Origin: an uncultured Aminicenantes bacterium
GTDB taxonomy: Bacteria; Acidobacteriota; Aminicenantia; UBA2199
NCBI GenBank assembly: GCA_965195285.1
Contig: CBDAFS010000062.1
Location: 128,001 to 192,000, forward strand
Length of the DNA stretch: 64,000 nucleotides
Direction of reading: 5' to 3'
The notes below the pieces were generated by a model, which ran no database searches, was not told the origin of the DNA, and worked only from the letters and a program-made list of their open reading frames with translations. A program made the position numbers and the translations under genes. Below, piece after piece: positions 47,785 to 56,302 of this stretch; position 1 is the stretch's first letter; the number at the start of each line of letters is the position of its first letter.

Positions 47785-48939
47785 TTACCGGCCGGGCCAG
47801 AAGGGAGAGATTTTTCTCAACTTCTCCGCCACACGGGGTAAAATATCGATCAGCACATCAATATCATCATCGGTGTTGAATTTACCCAGGCTGATTCTTA
47901 AACTGCTGTGGGCATCCTCATGAGACATTCCAATAGCCAGCAAAACATGAGAGGGATCCGGGGATTTTGATGAACAGGCCGAGCCTGAGGACAGGGCAAT
48001 TTCATCCTGATCCAGCAAGGCCAGTATGGATTCGCCTTCGATAAACCTGATGGAAATATTCAGGGTATTGTAGAGCCTGGGTTCCTGGCCACCATTTATC
48101 AGAATTTCCGGAATTCTTTCCATCAATTCCCTTTGAAGCCTATCCCGCATCGGCCGGAGTCTTTTTTCCTCAATTTCTCTCTCAGCCAAGACCAGTTCAG
48201 CTGCCTTTCCAAGTCCCACAATACCGGGAACATTCTCGGTTCCTGCCCGTAATCCCTTTTCATGGTCACCTCCGAAAATGAGAGGCTCGATATCAACCGA
48301 TCCCTTTTTAAATAAAACCCCGACTCCCTTGGGACCATAAATCTTGTGTGAAGATAAACTTAACAGGTCAATGTCGAGATCCCTGACATCCAGAAGTATT
48401 TTGCCTGCCGCTTGAACCGCATCGGTATGAAATAAAACACCGTTCTGATGAGCGATCTCTACCAACTCCTTTATGGGTTGGATGGTACCGATTTCATTAT
48501 TGGCATGCATGATCGAGACCAGTATTGTTTCAGAGGTGATATTCTTTTTAAGTTCATCCGGATCCACCAGGCCATTGTGATCAACCGGCAGATAAGAAAT
48601 GCGGTAGCCTTTCTTTTCCAGGTATTTACAGGTGTGTAATACTGCCGGATGTTCAATGGATGAGGTAATGATATGATTTCCTTTATTGGCAACTCCCATA
48701 ATGGCCATGGTGTCGGATTCGGTTCCGCCTGAAGTGAAATAAATTTCATCTGGCCGGCCATTTATCAGCTCCGCAACCTTCACCCGGCATTTCTCGATTC
48801 TGTATCTTGCCTCACCGGCAAGACGGTAAAAAGAAGAGGGATTATGGAAGATTTCGGAAAAAAAAGGAGTCATCACTTTAACCACCCGGGGATCAACCGG
48901 GGTTGTGGCATTATAATCAAAATAGTATTTCATTTTCAT
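47785..48939 (-). CDS. iscS: Cysteine desulfurase (IscS/NifS type)
   Basis: DYNATT, HTDAVQ, SSHKIYGPKG and SSGSACSS. Confidence 0.92.
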   Translation of the reverse strand: MKMKYYFDYNATTPVDPRVVKVMTPFFSEIFHNPSSFYRLAGEARYRIEKCRVKVAELINGRPDEIYFTSGGTESDTMAIMGVANKGNHIITSSIEHPAVLHTCKYLEKKGYRISYLPVDHNGLVDPDELKKNITSETILVSIMHANNEIGTIQPIKELVEIAHQNGVLFHTDAVQAAGKILLDVRDLDIDLLSLSSHKIYGPKGVGVLFKKGSVDIEPLIFGGDHEKGLRAGTENVPGIVGLGKAAELVLAEREIEEKRLRPMRDRLQRELMERIPEILINGGQEPRLYNTLNISIRFIEGESILALLDQDEIALSSGSACSSKSPDPSHVLLAIGMSHEDAHSSLRISLGKFNTDDDIDVLIDILPRVAEKLRKISPFWPGR

Positions 48940-49064
48940 GTTAATATTCTGATTTAAAGATAACTCAAGCAGTCATATTAGTCAAGGACAGAATCTACAC
49001 GTATTGAAGAAACCAGTGGTATTTAAAATGGACTTTTTTTCTCCAAGTTGGTAAAATAAGAAGG

Positions 49065-49586
49065 ATGGTAAAAAGACCCAACAAAGATGAATATTATCTG
49101 AACATTGCCCGGGTGGTTTCCACCCGCTCCACCTGCCTGAAAGTCCTGATCGGGGCCATAATAGTGAAAGAAGACCAGATTATTGCCGCGGGTTATGTGG
49201 GCGCTCCCCGCCAGACCACCAGTTCTCTGGAGCACGGCTTTTGTTTAAGAAAAAAACTGGATATTCCTTCCGGGACCCAGTATGAATTGTGCCGGTCGAT
49301 ACATGCCGAACAAAACGCCATTATTAACGCTGCTCGAGCCGGAGTCAGTGTGCTGGGAGGGGACATGTATATTTTCGGTGAAAATCGGGAAACCGGAGAC
49401 ACATTAAACGCTTATCCCTGTTTCATATGTAAAAAGATGCTCATCAATGCCGGCCTGAACCGGGTGATCACCTCGGTCCAGGGCAAGACATATTTAAAAA
49501 CTTTCAAAGTTGAAACCTGGGTCAATGAATGGCAAAAGCATGATATAATCGAAGACAAATATCAGTATGGAAAGAAAAATTCTTAG
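49065..49586 (+). CDS. dCMP deaminase family protein
   Basis: RSTC, HAEQNA and PCFIC. Confidence 0.9.
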   Translation: MVKRPNKDEYYLNIARVVSTRSTCLKVLIGAIIVKEDQIIAAGYVGAPRQTTSSLEHGFCLRKKLDIPSGTQYELCRSIHAEQNAIINAARAGVSVLGGDMYIFGENRETGDTLNAYPCFICKKMLINAGLNRVITSVQGKTYLKTFKVETWVNEWQKHDIIEDKYQYGKKNS

Positions 49587-50193
49587 GACTGCCAGATCCA
49601 GGCAAAAGGAATTCCGACATCTTCATATCGGACTGACCGGAAGCATGGCATCCGGAAAAGGTGAACTGGCCCGATTTTTAAAAGGACTGAATTTTTCCTA
49701 TATATCACTCTCAGACATGGTCAGGGAAGCAGCCAGTCAAAAAGGTCAAAAAAATATCAGCCGTCAGGACATGCAAAATATCGGCAATCAACTTCGCCAG
49801 CAAGGCGGCCCAGGAATTCTTGCCAAACGGGTTCGTGAGAAAATCAATTCAACCAAGAAAAAAACCTGGATAATCGACGGAATCAGAAACCCGGAAGAAG
49901 TTGTTGAACTGAAAAAATTGCCCCATTTTTACCTGATCGGGGTTAAATCGGATTTGGAAGTGCTGCTTAAAAGATTGAACTCCAGGAACCGGGAAACAGA
50001 CCAGGCTCAACCCTCGGAATTGAAACAGGTGCTCCGTCGGGAATGGGGAAATGGCGAACCCGCGGGAGGTCAGCAGGTGGGCCAATGTATGGAAATGGCT
50101 GATTTTACTATTGAAAACAATGGGTCTCTCATAGAACTAAAAAAAAAATGCCAAAAAATTCTACGTTTGATCGAGGATAAATATGTCCGATAA
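49567..50193 (+). CDS. P-loop kinase, archaeal-type dephospho-CoA-kinase-like / NMP kinase
   Basis: GLTGSMASGKG, LSD.VRE, IDGIRNP.E and AD..I.N. Confidence 0.75.
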   Translation: MERKILRTARSRQKEFRHLHIGLTGSMASGKGELARFLKGLNFSYISLSDMVREAASQKGQKNISRQDMQNIGNQLRQQGGPGILAKRVREKINSTKKKTWIIDGIRNPEEVVELKKLPHFYLIGVKSDLEVLLKRLNSRNRETDQAQPSELKQVLRREWGNGEPAGGQQVGQCMEMADFTIENNGSLIELKKKCQKILRLIEDKYVR

Positions 50194-50692
50194 AATTGCT
50201 GTCTACCCGGGATCCTATGATCCCCTGACCAACGGTCACATCGATATCATCGAGCGGGGTCTTAAAATATTTGACAGAATTACAGTTGCTGCATTGAAAA
50301 ACCCCTCAAAAACCTACCTGTTGTCTCTGGATGAACGTCTGGAAATCATCAGAGAAACCTTTGCCCAAAACAACCGGATCAATGTGGATTATTTTGAAGG
50401 TTTGCTTGTGGATTATCTGAAAAAACAAAAGCTCACCACTGTGGTCAGGGGGCTGAGGGCCATATCCGATTTTGACATCGAGTTTCAGATGGCCCTAATC
50501 AACCGCAGTATTGCTCCTCAAATCGAAACCATTTTTTTCGTCCCCTCAGTAGCTTACTCTTTTTTGAGCTCAAAATTGGTAAAAGAAATCTATCTGCTGG
50601 GAGGGGAAATAAAGCAAATGGTACCGGCCATTGTTGATAAAAAGCTGAAACAAAAATTCAAACAAAAACCCTTATCAATATCTCAAATATGA
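50183..50692 (+). CDS. coaD: Pantetheine-phosphate adenylyltransferase
   Basis: YPGSYDPLTNGH, RGLR..SDF and SS..VKE. Confidence 0.96.
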   Translation: MSDKIAVYPGSYDPLTNGHIDIIERGLKIFDRITVAALKNPSKTYLLSLDERLEIIRETFAQNNRINVDYFEGLLVDYLKKQKLTTVVRGLRAISDFDIEFQMALINRSIAPQIETIFFVPSVAYSFLSSKLVKEIYLLGGEIKQMVPAIVDKKLKQKFKQKPLSISQI

Positions 50693-50737
50693 TGAAAAAG
50701 AAGCAAATTTATTCTACTATAAATATATTGGAAGTGA

Positions 50738-52708
50738 GTGAGAATGAATTGTACTAAATGTGGCCAAGATATATCAGAGGGAATGAAGGTCTGCCCGGCC
50801 TGCGGAACTGAAGTAAACGATCAGACCAAGCAAAAATTTGCCCTTGAGCTGAAAGAAAAAATAAAAAAAATGATCCGGGAAGAAAACAATTTTAATGAGG
50901 CCAATAATTATATTGATTTATATTTTTCCATGATCGGTATGGATGCTGAAATAATCGAATTCCAGGAAGAAATTATGAAAATGACCCGTCTGGAAAAAGA
51001 ACAGACCGAAATACCCTCAGCAACCAGTTCTGATACCCAGCTCCAAGCTGACACATCCGAACCAAAGGCAGAGAAGGGTGGTTTCCCCGAACTGGAAATC
51101 GAAATCAATAAGGTTCCCGAACAATCTTCGGAACCACCAGCCGATCAGCAGCCGCCCGGTGATGATGAAATTTTATTTCCTGAAAGCAAGGGAGATTTGC
51201 TGAACCTTGAAGATGAAATATCTTTCGAAGATATATCCGATTTAAAAATAGAGGAAACCCAGCCTGACCGGCAAGGAGAACCTCAGGCTGAGGAAGATTT
51301 GGAGCTTTCCGATGAATCCGATGATGAACTGCTGGTACTGGAAGCCGATGATGAAATACTGGAACTGGAAGAGGACATGAGAGAACCCCAGACGGAAAAA
51401 AAGGATGCACCTGAAAATAAAGATATTATGTCCCAAATCGAAAATGAGATCGATCGGGAAAGCAAAGAGCAGGAAAAGGCTCTGGCCACTCCCGACACAA
51501 GACTGTCCGGATTTGACCAGGATATTCTGGCTATACCGGATGATTCCCTGAGCCCGGGGGTGGGAAAAAGCCCGGATGCTCCGATTGCCATCACCGTCAA
51601 TGGGTTGAATACCTCGGAACCGGTTGAATCCATACTGAATGATTTGAAGGAAAGGAAAAAGAAATTTAAACGCTGGCTGTTCATTTTTCTGGCCATAATC
51701 GCCTTTATCGCCTTAATCATCACCCTCTATTATTTAAGCACTCGAAAAGGTGACAACCATCAAATCACCGATACTCCGTTAACCACCCGTCAAGCCTTCC
51801 GAAAATCACCGGCTACCCAAGAAATCAAAACAGACCAAAACCAGTCGATGCAGGAAAAAAGTTATCTTGATATCCTGGCCAGGGCCAAAGGTTACCTGGA
51901 AAAAGGTGATATTCAAAATACTGAAAAAATGATTGCTCGGGCAAAAAAAATAAAGACCTCAGACACGTTGACCGGTCTTGAACTGGAAGTGAAGAAAAAA
52001 AAGGCAGAGCAAGATGTTTTCAAAAATATTGAAGTCCGGAAAAATCCCGAGCAAACCTCTGATTCAGAAGAAAGAGCCTACAATAGGGCATTGTCATCTT
52101 CCAGCCCCATTCTCTACCAAGAATACTTAAAAAACTATCCTTACGGAAAATATGCCATTGAAATCCGAAAAAAAATAAAAGAACTGGAAAAGAAAAACCG
52201 GGAAAATTTTGATCAGCAATTCTTCCAGAAAGTTAAACTCCACCAGAAAATTCAATGCCGGGATTATTTTCAAAATTTATCCGATAAAGAAATCGAAATC
52301 CTGAAATCGAAAAAGAACCAAATTTCCCAAAAGGTTGAAATTCAGACCATTGATGGCAATAAGGTCATCATCAGCTTTTCCACCGGATTGATGTGGCATC
52401 AGTGGAAAGAAACCATGGATTTTAAAAAAGCCAAGTGGTGGGCCAGGCGGGGACATGCCGGTTACTTTGACTGGAGATTGCCCACTGCCGAAGAAGCAGC
52501 CACATTATCCATAAAGGACATTCAAAATTTGTTACCAGGCAATATTTCCAATTATGAAATCTGGACCGGTGATACCGATATCAAGGATTCGCTGAAAGCC
52601 TGGGTTTATTCGCTCTCTCGGAGTACATTCAAATCAGTTCTTGGGCATCAACACAAAAATATCTGGTCAGTACGGATGATAAAAGGAACCAAGAAAAAAA
52701 GGTTTTAA
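50738..52708 (+). CDS. Zinc-ribbon / acidic linker / TM / DUF1566-like protein
   Basis: CTKC...CPACG; long acidic low-complexity region; single TM; TGLMW and DWRLPT.EE. Confidence 0.7.
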   Translation: MRMNCTKCGQDISEGMKVCPACGTEVNDQTKQKFALELKEKIKKMIREENNFNEANNYIDLYFSMIGMDAEIIEFQEEIMKMTRLEKEQTEIPSATSSDTQLQADTSEPKAEKGGFPELEIEINKVPEQSSEPPADQQPPGDDEILFPESKGDLLNLEDEISFEDISDLKIEETQPDRQGEPQAEEDLELSDESDDELLVLEADDEILELEEDMREPQTEKKDAPENKDIMSQIENEIDRESKEQEKALATPDTRLSGFDQDILAIPDDSLSPGVGKSPDAPIAITVNGLNTSEPVESILNDLKERKKKFKRWLFIFLAIIAFIALIITLYYLSTRKGDNHQITDTPLTTRQAFRKSPATQEIKTDQNQSMQEKSYLDILARAKGYLEKGDIQNTEKMIARAKKIKTSDTLTGLELEVKKKKAEQDVFKNIEVRKNPEQTSDSEERAYNRALSSSSPILYQEYLKNYPYGKYAIEIRKKIKELEKKNRENFDQQFFQKVKLHQKIQCRDYFQNLSDKEIEILKSKKNQISQKVEIQTIDGNKVIISFSTGLMWHQWKETMDFKKAKWWARRGHAGYFDWRLPTAEEAATLSIKDIQNLLPGNISNYEIWTGDTDIKDSLKAWVYSLSRSTFKSVLGHQHKNIWSVRMIKGTKKKRF

Positions 52709-53208
52709 TATCCGGTATTTTTTTGGGGGATCAGTTTTTCTCTGATAAAGATCTGAGTGATATAATAATCACCGTTATTATTGCGGATCACGCCCACACC
52801 GGCTAGATTGAAATCACTTTCTAAATTGACCCGGTGCTCCTCGGAATTCAACCATTCATTGAAAGCCAATACCGCAGGGTTTGAATAACCGGAAACAAAG
52901 GCAACATTTTCCCCGGCAATGGAAAAAGAAATAAATCCCAGGAGTTTTTTGATTCGCTCATCAAACCCGGAATGCCCGACCTGTACAATTCCGGTTGACA
53001 TATTTTTGCTATGTTCCCGACACTGTTCAGCAATGTTTTCATTCCAGCCCAATTCATCAAACCCGATACTCGCGCGATGTTCATTGACCAGCTGAAAAAC
53101 CTTCTGTTCGACTTCACTGGCAGGAATATCAGGCTTGTTCATACAATGGTGCAGAAGAATAGCAAAAACAATAATTAAGGCTATTATTTGCAGTTTTTTA
53201 GGCTTCAT
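52705..53208 (-). CDS. CAP (SCP) domain protein, probably a lipoprotein
   Basis: VNEHR, HS..M, GENVA, W.NS..HR.N and TQIF. Confidence 0.88.
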   Translation of the reverse strand: MKPKKLQIIALIIVFAILLHHCMNKPDIPASEVEQKVFQLVNEHRASIGFDELGWNENIAEQCREHSKNMSTGIVQVGHSGFDERIKKLLGFISFSIAGENVAFVSGYSNPAVLAFNEWLNSEEHRVNLESDFNLAGVGVIRNNNGDYYITQIFIREKLIPQKNTGY

Positions 53209-53251
53209 ATTTCCCAGTTCTGCTTTATTCTATAGTCAATCTTCAGGTTTG

Positions 53252-54034
53252 TCAAGTCTGCCGGCTGCGGGAGATCTTCTGATTGATCAAGGTGGCCTGG
53301 TAGGCCGCTCCGAAGCCATTGTCAATATTCACCACACTCACTCCACCCGGACAGGAATTTAACATCGAGAGCAAAGCGGCCAATCCATGAAAACTGGCAC
53401 CGTAGCCAATGGAAGTGGGCACCGCGATTAGTGGAGTAGCGGTTAGTCCGGCCACCACCGATGGAAGTGCTCCCTCCATTCCGGCTATAACAATAATCAC
53501 CGCATAATCGTTGAGTTTCTCTCTCAGATCCAAAACCCTGGATATGCAGGCAACCCCCACATCATATTCCCTTTCAACTGGGTTACCCAGGTATCGGGCA
53601 GTAACATAAGCTTCCTCGGCTACCTCCTCATCAGAGGAACCTGCCGAAAGCACCAGTACCGACTGGTCATATTTAATTTCGGTCTTCCGGTCAAAAGTTA
53701 CAATCCTGGCTTTTTGGTAATATTTCAAGTTTGAAAAAGATTTTTTCAAGTGGTCATATTTATCAGAAGAAACCCGGGTAATCAGAATATTCTCTCCGAG
53801 TCTGGTTATTTCTTCAATAATTTTTCCCAGCTGTGAAATGTCCTTATCCTTTCCGTATATCATTTCCGGCAGCCCCCGCCGCTGCTGGCGGTGCAAATCC
53901 AGCTTGATATTGCCCATGTTCATATAGGGATAGTTTTCAAGAAAGTTTAAAAATCCTGTTTCTGACAATTTCCCGGACTTCAACTGGCGAATTCGCTGTT
54001 CAAGCAATGATTTCCCGCTTTTGCTTCGGATCAT
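53252..54034 (-). CDS. larB: Nickel-pincer cofactor biosynthesis carboxylase LarB
   Basis: D.HR..R.G.PE, AG.SD..VAEEA, DVGVA, AGMEGALPSVV, PTS.GYG and NIDNGFGA. Confidence 0.92.
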   Translation of the reverse strand: MIRSKSGKSLLEQRIRQLKSGKLSETGFLNFLENYPYMNMGNIKLDLHRQQRRGLPEMIYGKDKDISQLGKIIEEITRLGENILITRVSSDKYDHLKKSFSNLKYYQKARIVTFDRKTEIKYDQSVLVLSAGSSDEEVAEEAYVTARYLGNPVEREYDVGVACISRVLDLREKLNDYAVIIVIAGMEGALPSVVAGLTATPLIAVPTSIGYGASFHGLAALLSMLNSCPGGVSVVNIDNGFGAAYQATLINQKISRSRQT

Positions 54035-55005
54035 CTTTCCGGTTTCCTGGTATGATTCTGGTGTTTTTTAGGTCCCTCTCTCCAGTGTTTCTGTCGGGGA
54101 TAAAGCGAATGCGGGCGATAGGGAAATTTTACCTGGATAGGATCAACCCCAATAACATTGTTCCAGCGATTATTGCCCAGCCCCTCTTTATAGGCAAAAT
54201 CAATATAGGAAACTTCATTAACATCAAACCCCATGACATAGGTGGCCAGGGAATCGGCCAGAACCACATCCTCGGAGGCAATGGCAAAACCGTGAAATAC
54301 AGGACTTCCCTTTATCGGACCCTTCCCCTCCATACCGTATAATCCATCAATAATGACCAGGGAAGGGTGAACTTTTTTTAATAAACGGACAAAGTTTTTA
54401 CCTCCGTATTCAATTAATTTAAAAAAATTGTCATTATTGGAGAAATTGATTTTTTTCATCTCTGAACTTGAGGCACCAAATAAAAACACCCGCTGCGCCG
54501 GTTTTACAAAACCGATTGTATTGGGAATGGATAGAAAAACCGGAAAAATATTGTGGGTTTTGGGCGGAACCACGGTGATCATGTAGTCACAATCAAACTG
54601 GGTATATTTAATCTCCCTCTTTCCCGAAATGGTATCCACATCCATGATCTGGTTGTGGGGCAAATCATCCAGATTGACCAGCTTGGCCCCTTTCAGTTCG
54701 ACCTCTTTGTATCTGAATTTATAAAAGATATCCCAGGTGGATTTTCCAGAAAAATAAGCACCATCCGATCCCTCTATAACGGAAATATCAGAAACCGCAA
54801 AATGATCCTTCAAATAGAGTATCAATGATTCAACGGTTTCATAGTGGGTATTGGCATAAATTTCCCGGGAGCCTGACAGATTTATTTTTATCGCCACTTT
54901 GTCAGAAGGCTTCAAATCCAGATGGGGTGCAATGGTATCCATGATACGGATAACAAAATCTTTTTGCCTGGTTTCCTTTACCAAGGCTATTTCTTTACGT
55001 TTCAT
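54031..55005 (-). CDS. DUF362 family protein
   Basis: V.IK.N, EGS, KTH, IIDG..GMEG.GP..G and D.V..D. Confidence 0.82.
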   Translation of the reverse strand: MKRKEIALVKETRQKDFVIRIMDTIAPHLDLKPSDKVAIKINLSGSREIYANTHYETVESLILYLKDHFAVSDISVIEGSDGAYFSGKSTWDIFYKFRYKEVELKGAKLVNLDDLPHNQIMDVDTISGKREIKYTQFDCDYMITVVPPKTHNIFPVFLSIPNTIGFVKPAQRVFLFGASSSEMKKINFSNNDNFFKLIEYGGKNFVRLLKKVHPSLVIIDGLYGMEGKGPIKGSPVFHGFAIASEDVVLADSLATYVMGFDVNEVSYIDFAYKEGLGNNRWNNVIGVDPIQVKFPYRPHSLYPRQKHWREGPKKHQNHTRKPER

Positions 55006-55099
55006 TTGTTCAAGAACAGGTTAACCGGGCCAGGGAACCCCCGGAGCCCGTAGAGCAACTCTTTCCTATTCAATTTTTAGCAAACAAACAGATGACTAT

Positions 55100-56236
55100 C
55101 TAACCGCTTATTTTAAAAGGAACTTCAATTTTTCCTTTCTTTCCTTTGTGATTGTTGTCGTTCAGTTCAACATGCAGGGTATAGTCGCCGGCAGGCAGCA
55201 ACTTATCTCCTCTCTTGAATTCCAGCTTCTGGAAAAAGTACGGAGCTTTCAACAGGTCTGTTTTAAAGATAACGATTTTCTTTTTTCCCTGCTTGATTTC
55301 AATCCGGGGGGTAATATTCCACTGGGGCTGATTGTTCTGCATTTTAGCGGCTCCGGTCACAAAAAAAGTGAGAATCGGTGTGTCAGTTGCTTTGAAAACA
55401 ATCTCCTTTCCCACAACCGGCTCAAAAATCTGTTGTCCCACCTGGTACTGGTTTTTCAGCACGGTAAAACGCTTTTCAACTGAAGTGGCGGTTTTCATTG
55501 TTTTATAAAAAATGGGTGCTGAGTTTTCGATATTTTTGAGGGGTTTGACCAAATCCATTAAAGTCAACTGCGGGACATTCAATTCGATGAGCAAGGTCCC
55601 GTCCTGACTATTATCAAAACGGTTTATATTGATCAGAATATCATACTTACCGGGTTCCAGAATGAGTCCGAAAGAAAAATATTCACTCTTTTTCTTATCA
55701 TAGGGAACCGGGGATTTGAATTTGTGAATGGTATTTCCATCTTTAACCACCCTCAGGTAAAGATTGTGAAAGTGAGAGTATTCTTTCTTTTCAGGTGCGG
55801 GAGGTTGCTCCCAGGTTTTCAAGGGACTTTTTTTGCTTTTTTGTTTTGCCTCGTTGGCAATTTCAATTTTTTTATTTTCCTCTTCTATTTCTTTCTTTTT
55901 CTGTTCAACAAACTTATGGTATTTTTCCAAAGCCTGCTTATACTTCTCATCGGTCATTTTTTTTAATTCCAGTGCATCATCATCCAGTGAAGTAGAAAAT
56001 AAAACGCTGGCATATACCTTCTGGGAAGCACTCTGAAGAGCAAAATAAAAATCATTGAGAAATTCCATATTGAAAACCTGATTTGAAGTTCTGGTTTTCA
56101 GCAGGGCATCCAGGCTGATTTCAACATTATCCGGAACATCGGAATCCTGCTGCTGGGAATCTGAGACTTCCTGGGCAACAGCAACGGACAAAACAAAAAT
56201 GAACATCAACACCAATAAAAAAATCTTTTTCATCAT
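55100..56236 (-). CDS. Exported hypothetical protein with C-terminal Ig-like domain
   Basis: Signal peptide AVA-Q; 'LEPGKY' and 'LPAGDYTL.V...D...PF.I' beta-sandwich patterns. Confidence 0.7.
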   Translation of the reverse strand: MMKKIFLLVLMFIFVLSVAVAQEVSDSQQQDSDVPDNVEISLDALLKTRTSNQVFNMEFLNDFYFALQSASQKVYASVLFSTSLDDDALELKKMTDEKYKQALEKYHKFVEQKKKEIEEENKKIEIANEAKQKSKKSPLKTWEQPPAPEKKEYSHFHNLYLRVVKDGNTIHKFKSPVPYDKKKSEYFSFGLILEPGKYDILININRFDNSQDGTLLIELNVPQLTLMDLVKPLKNIENSAPIFYKTMKTATSVEKRFTVLKNQYQVGQQIFEPVVGKEIVFKATDTPILTFFVTGAAKMQNNQPQWNITPRIEIKQGKKKIVIFKTDLLKAPYFFQKLEFKRGDKLLPAGDYTLHVELNDNNHKGKKGKIEVPFKISG

Positions 56237-56302
56237 ACTACCTCCTGATAAGAACCATAATTATATATGAATCTTGTTTATTTATCCAGTTTTTTTTCCT
56301 AT

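Noticed and set aside
55006-55099. GC-rich stretch upstream of DUF362 as a riboswitch
   Set aside because: No recognisable aptamer consensus and only weak pairing; may be a terminator-like hairpin
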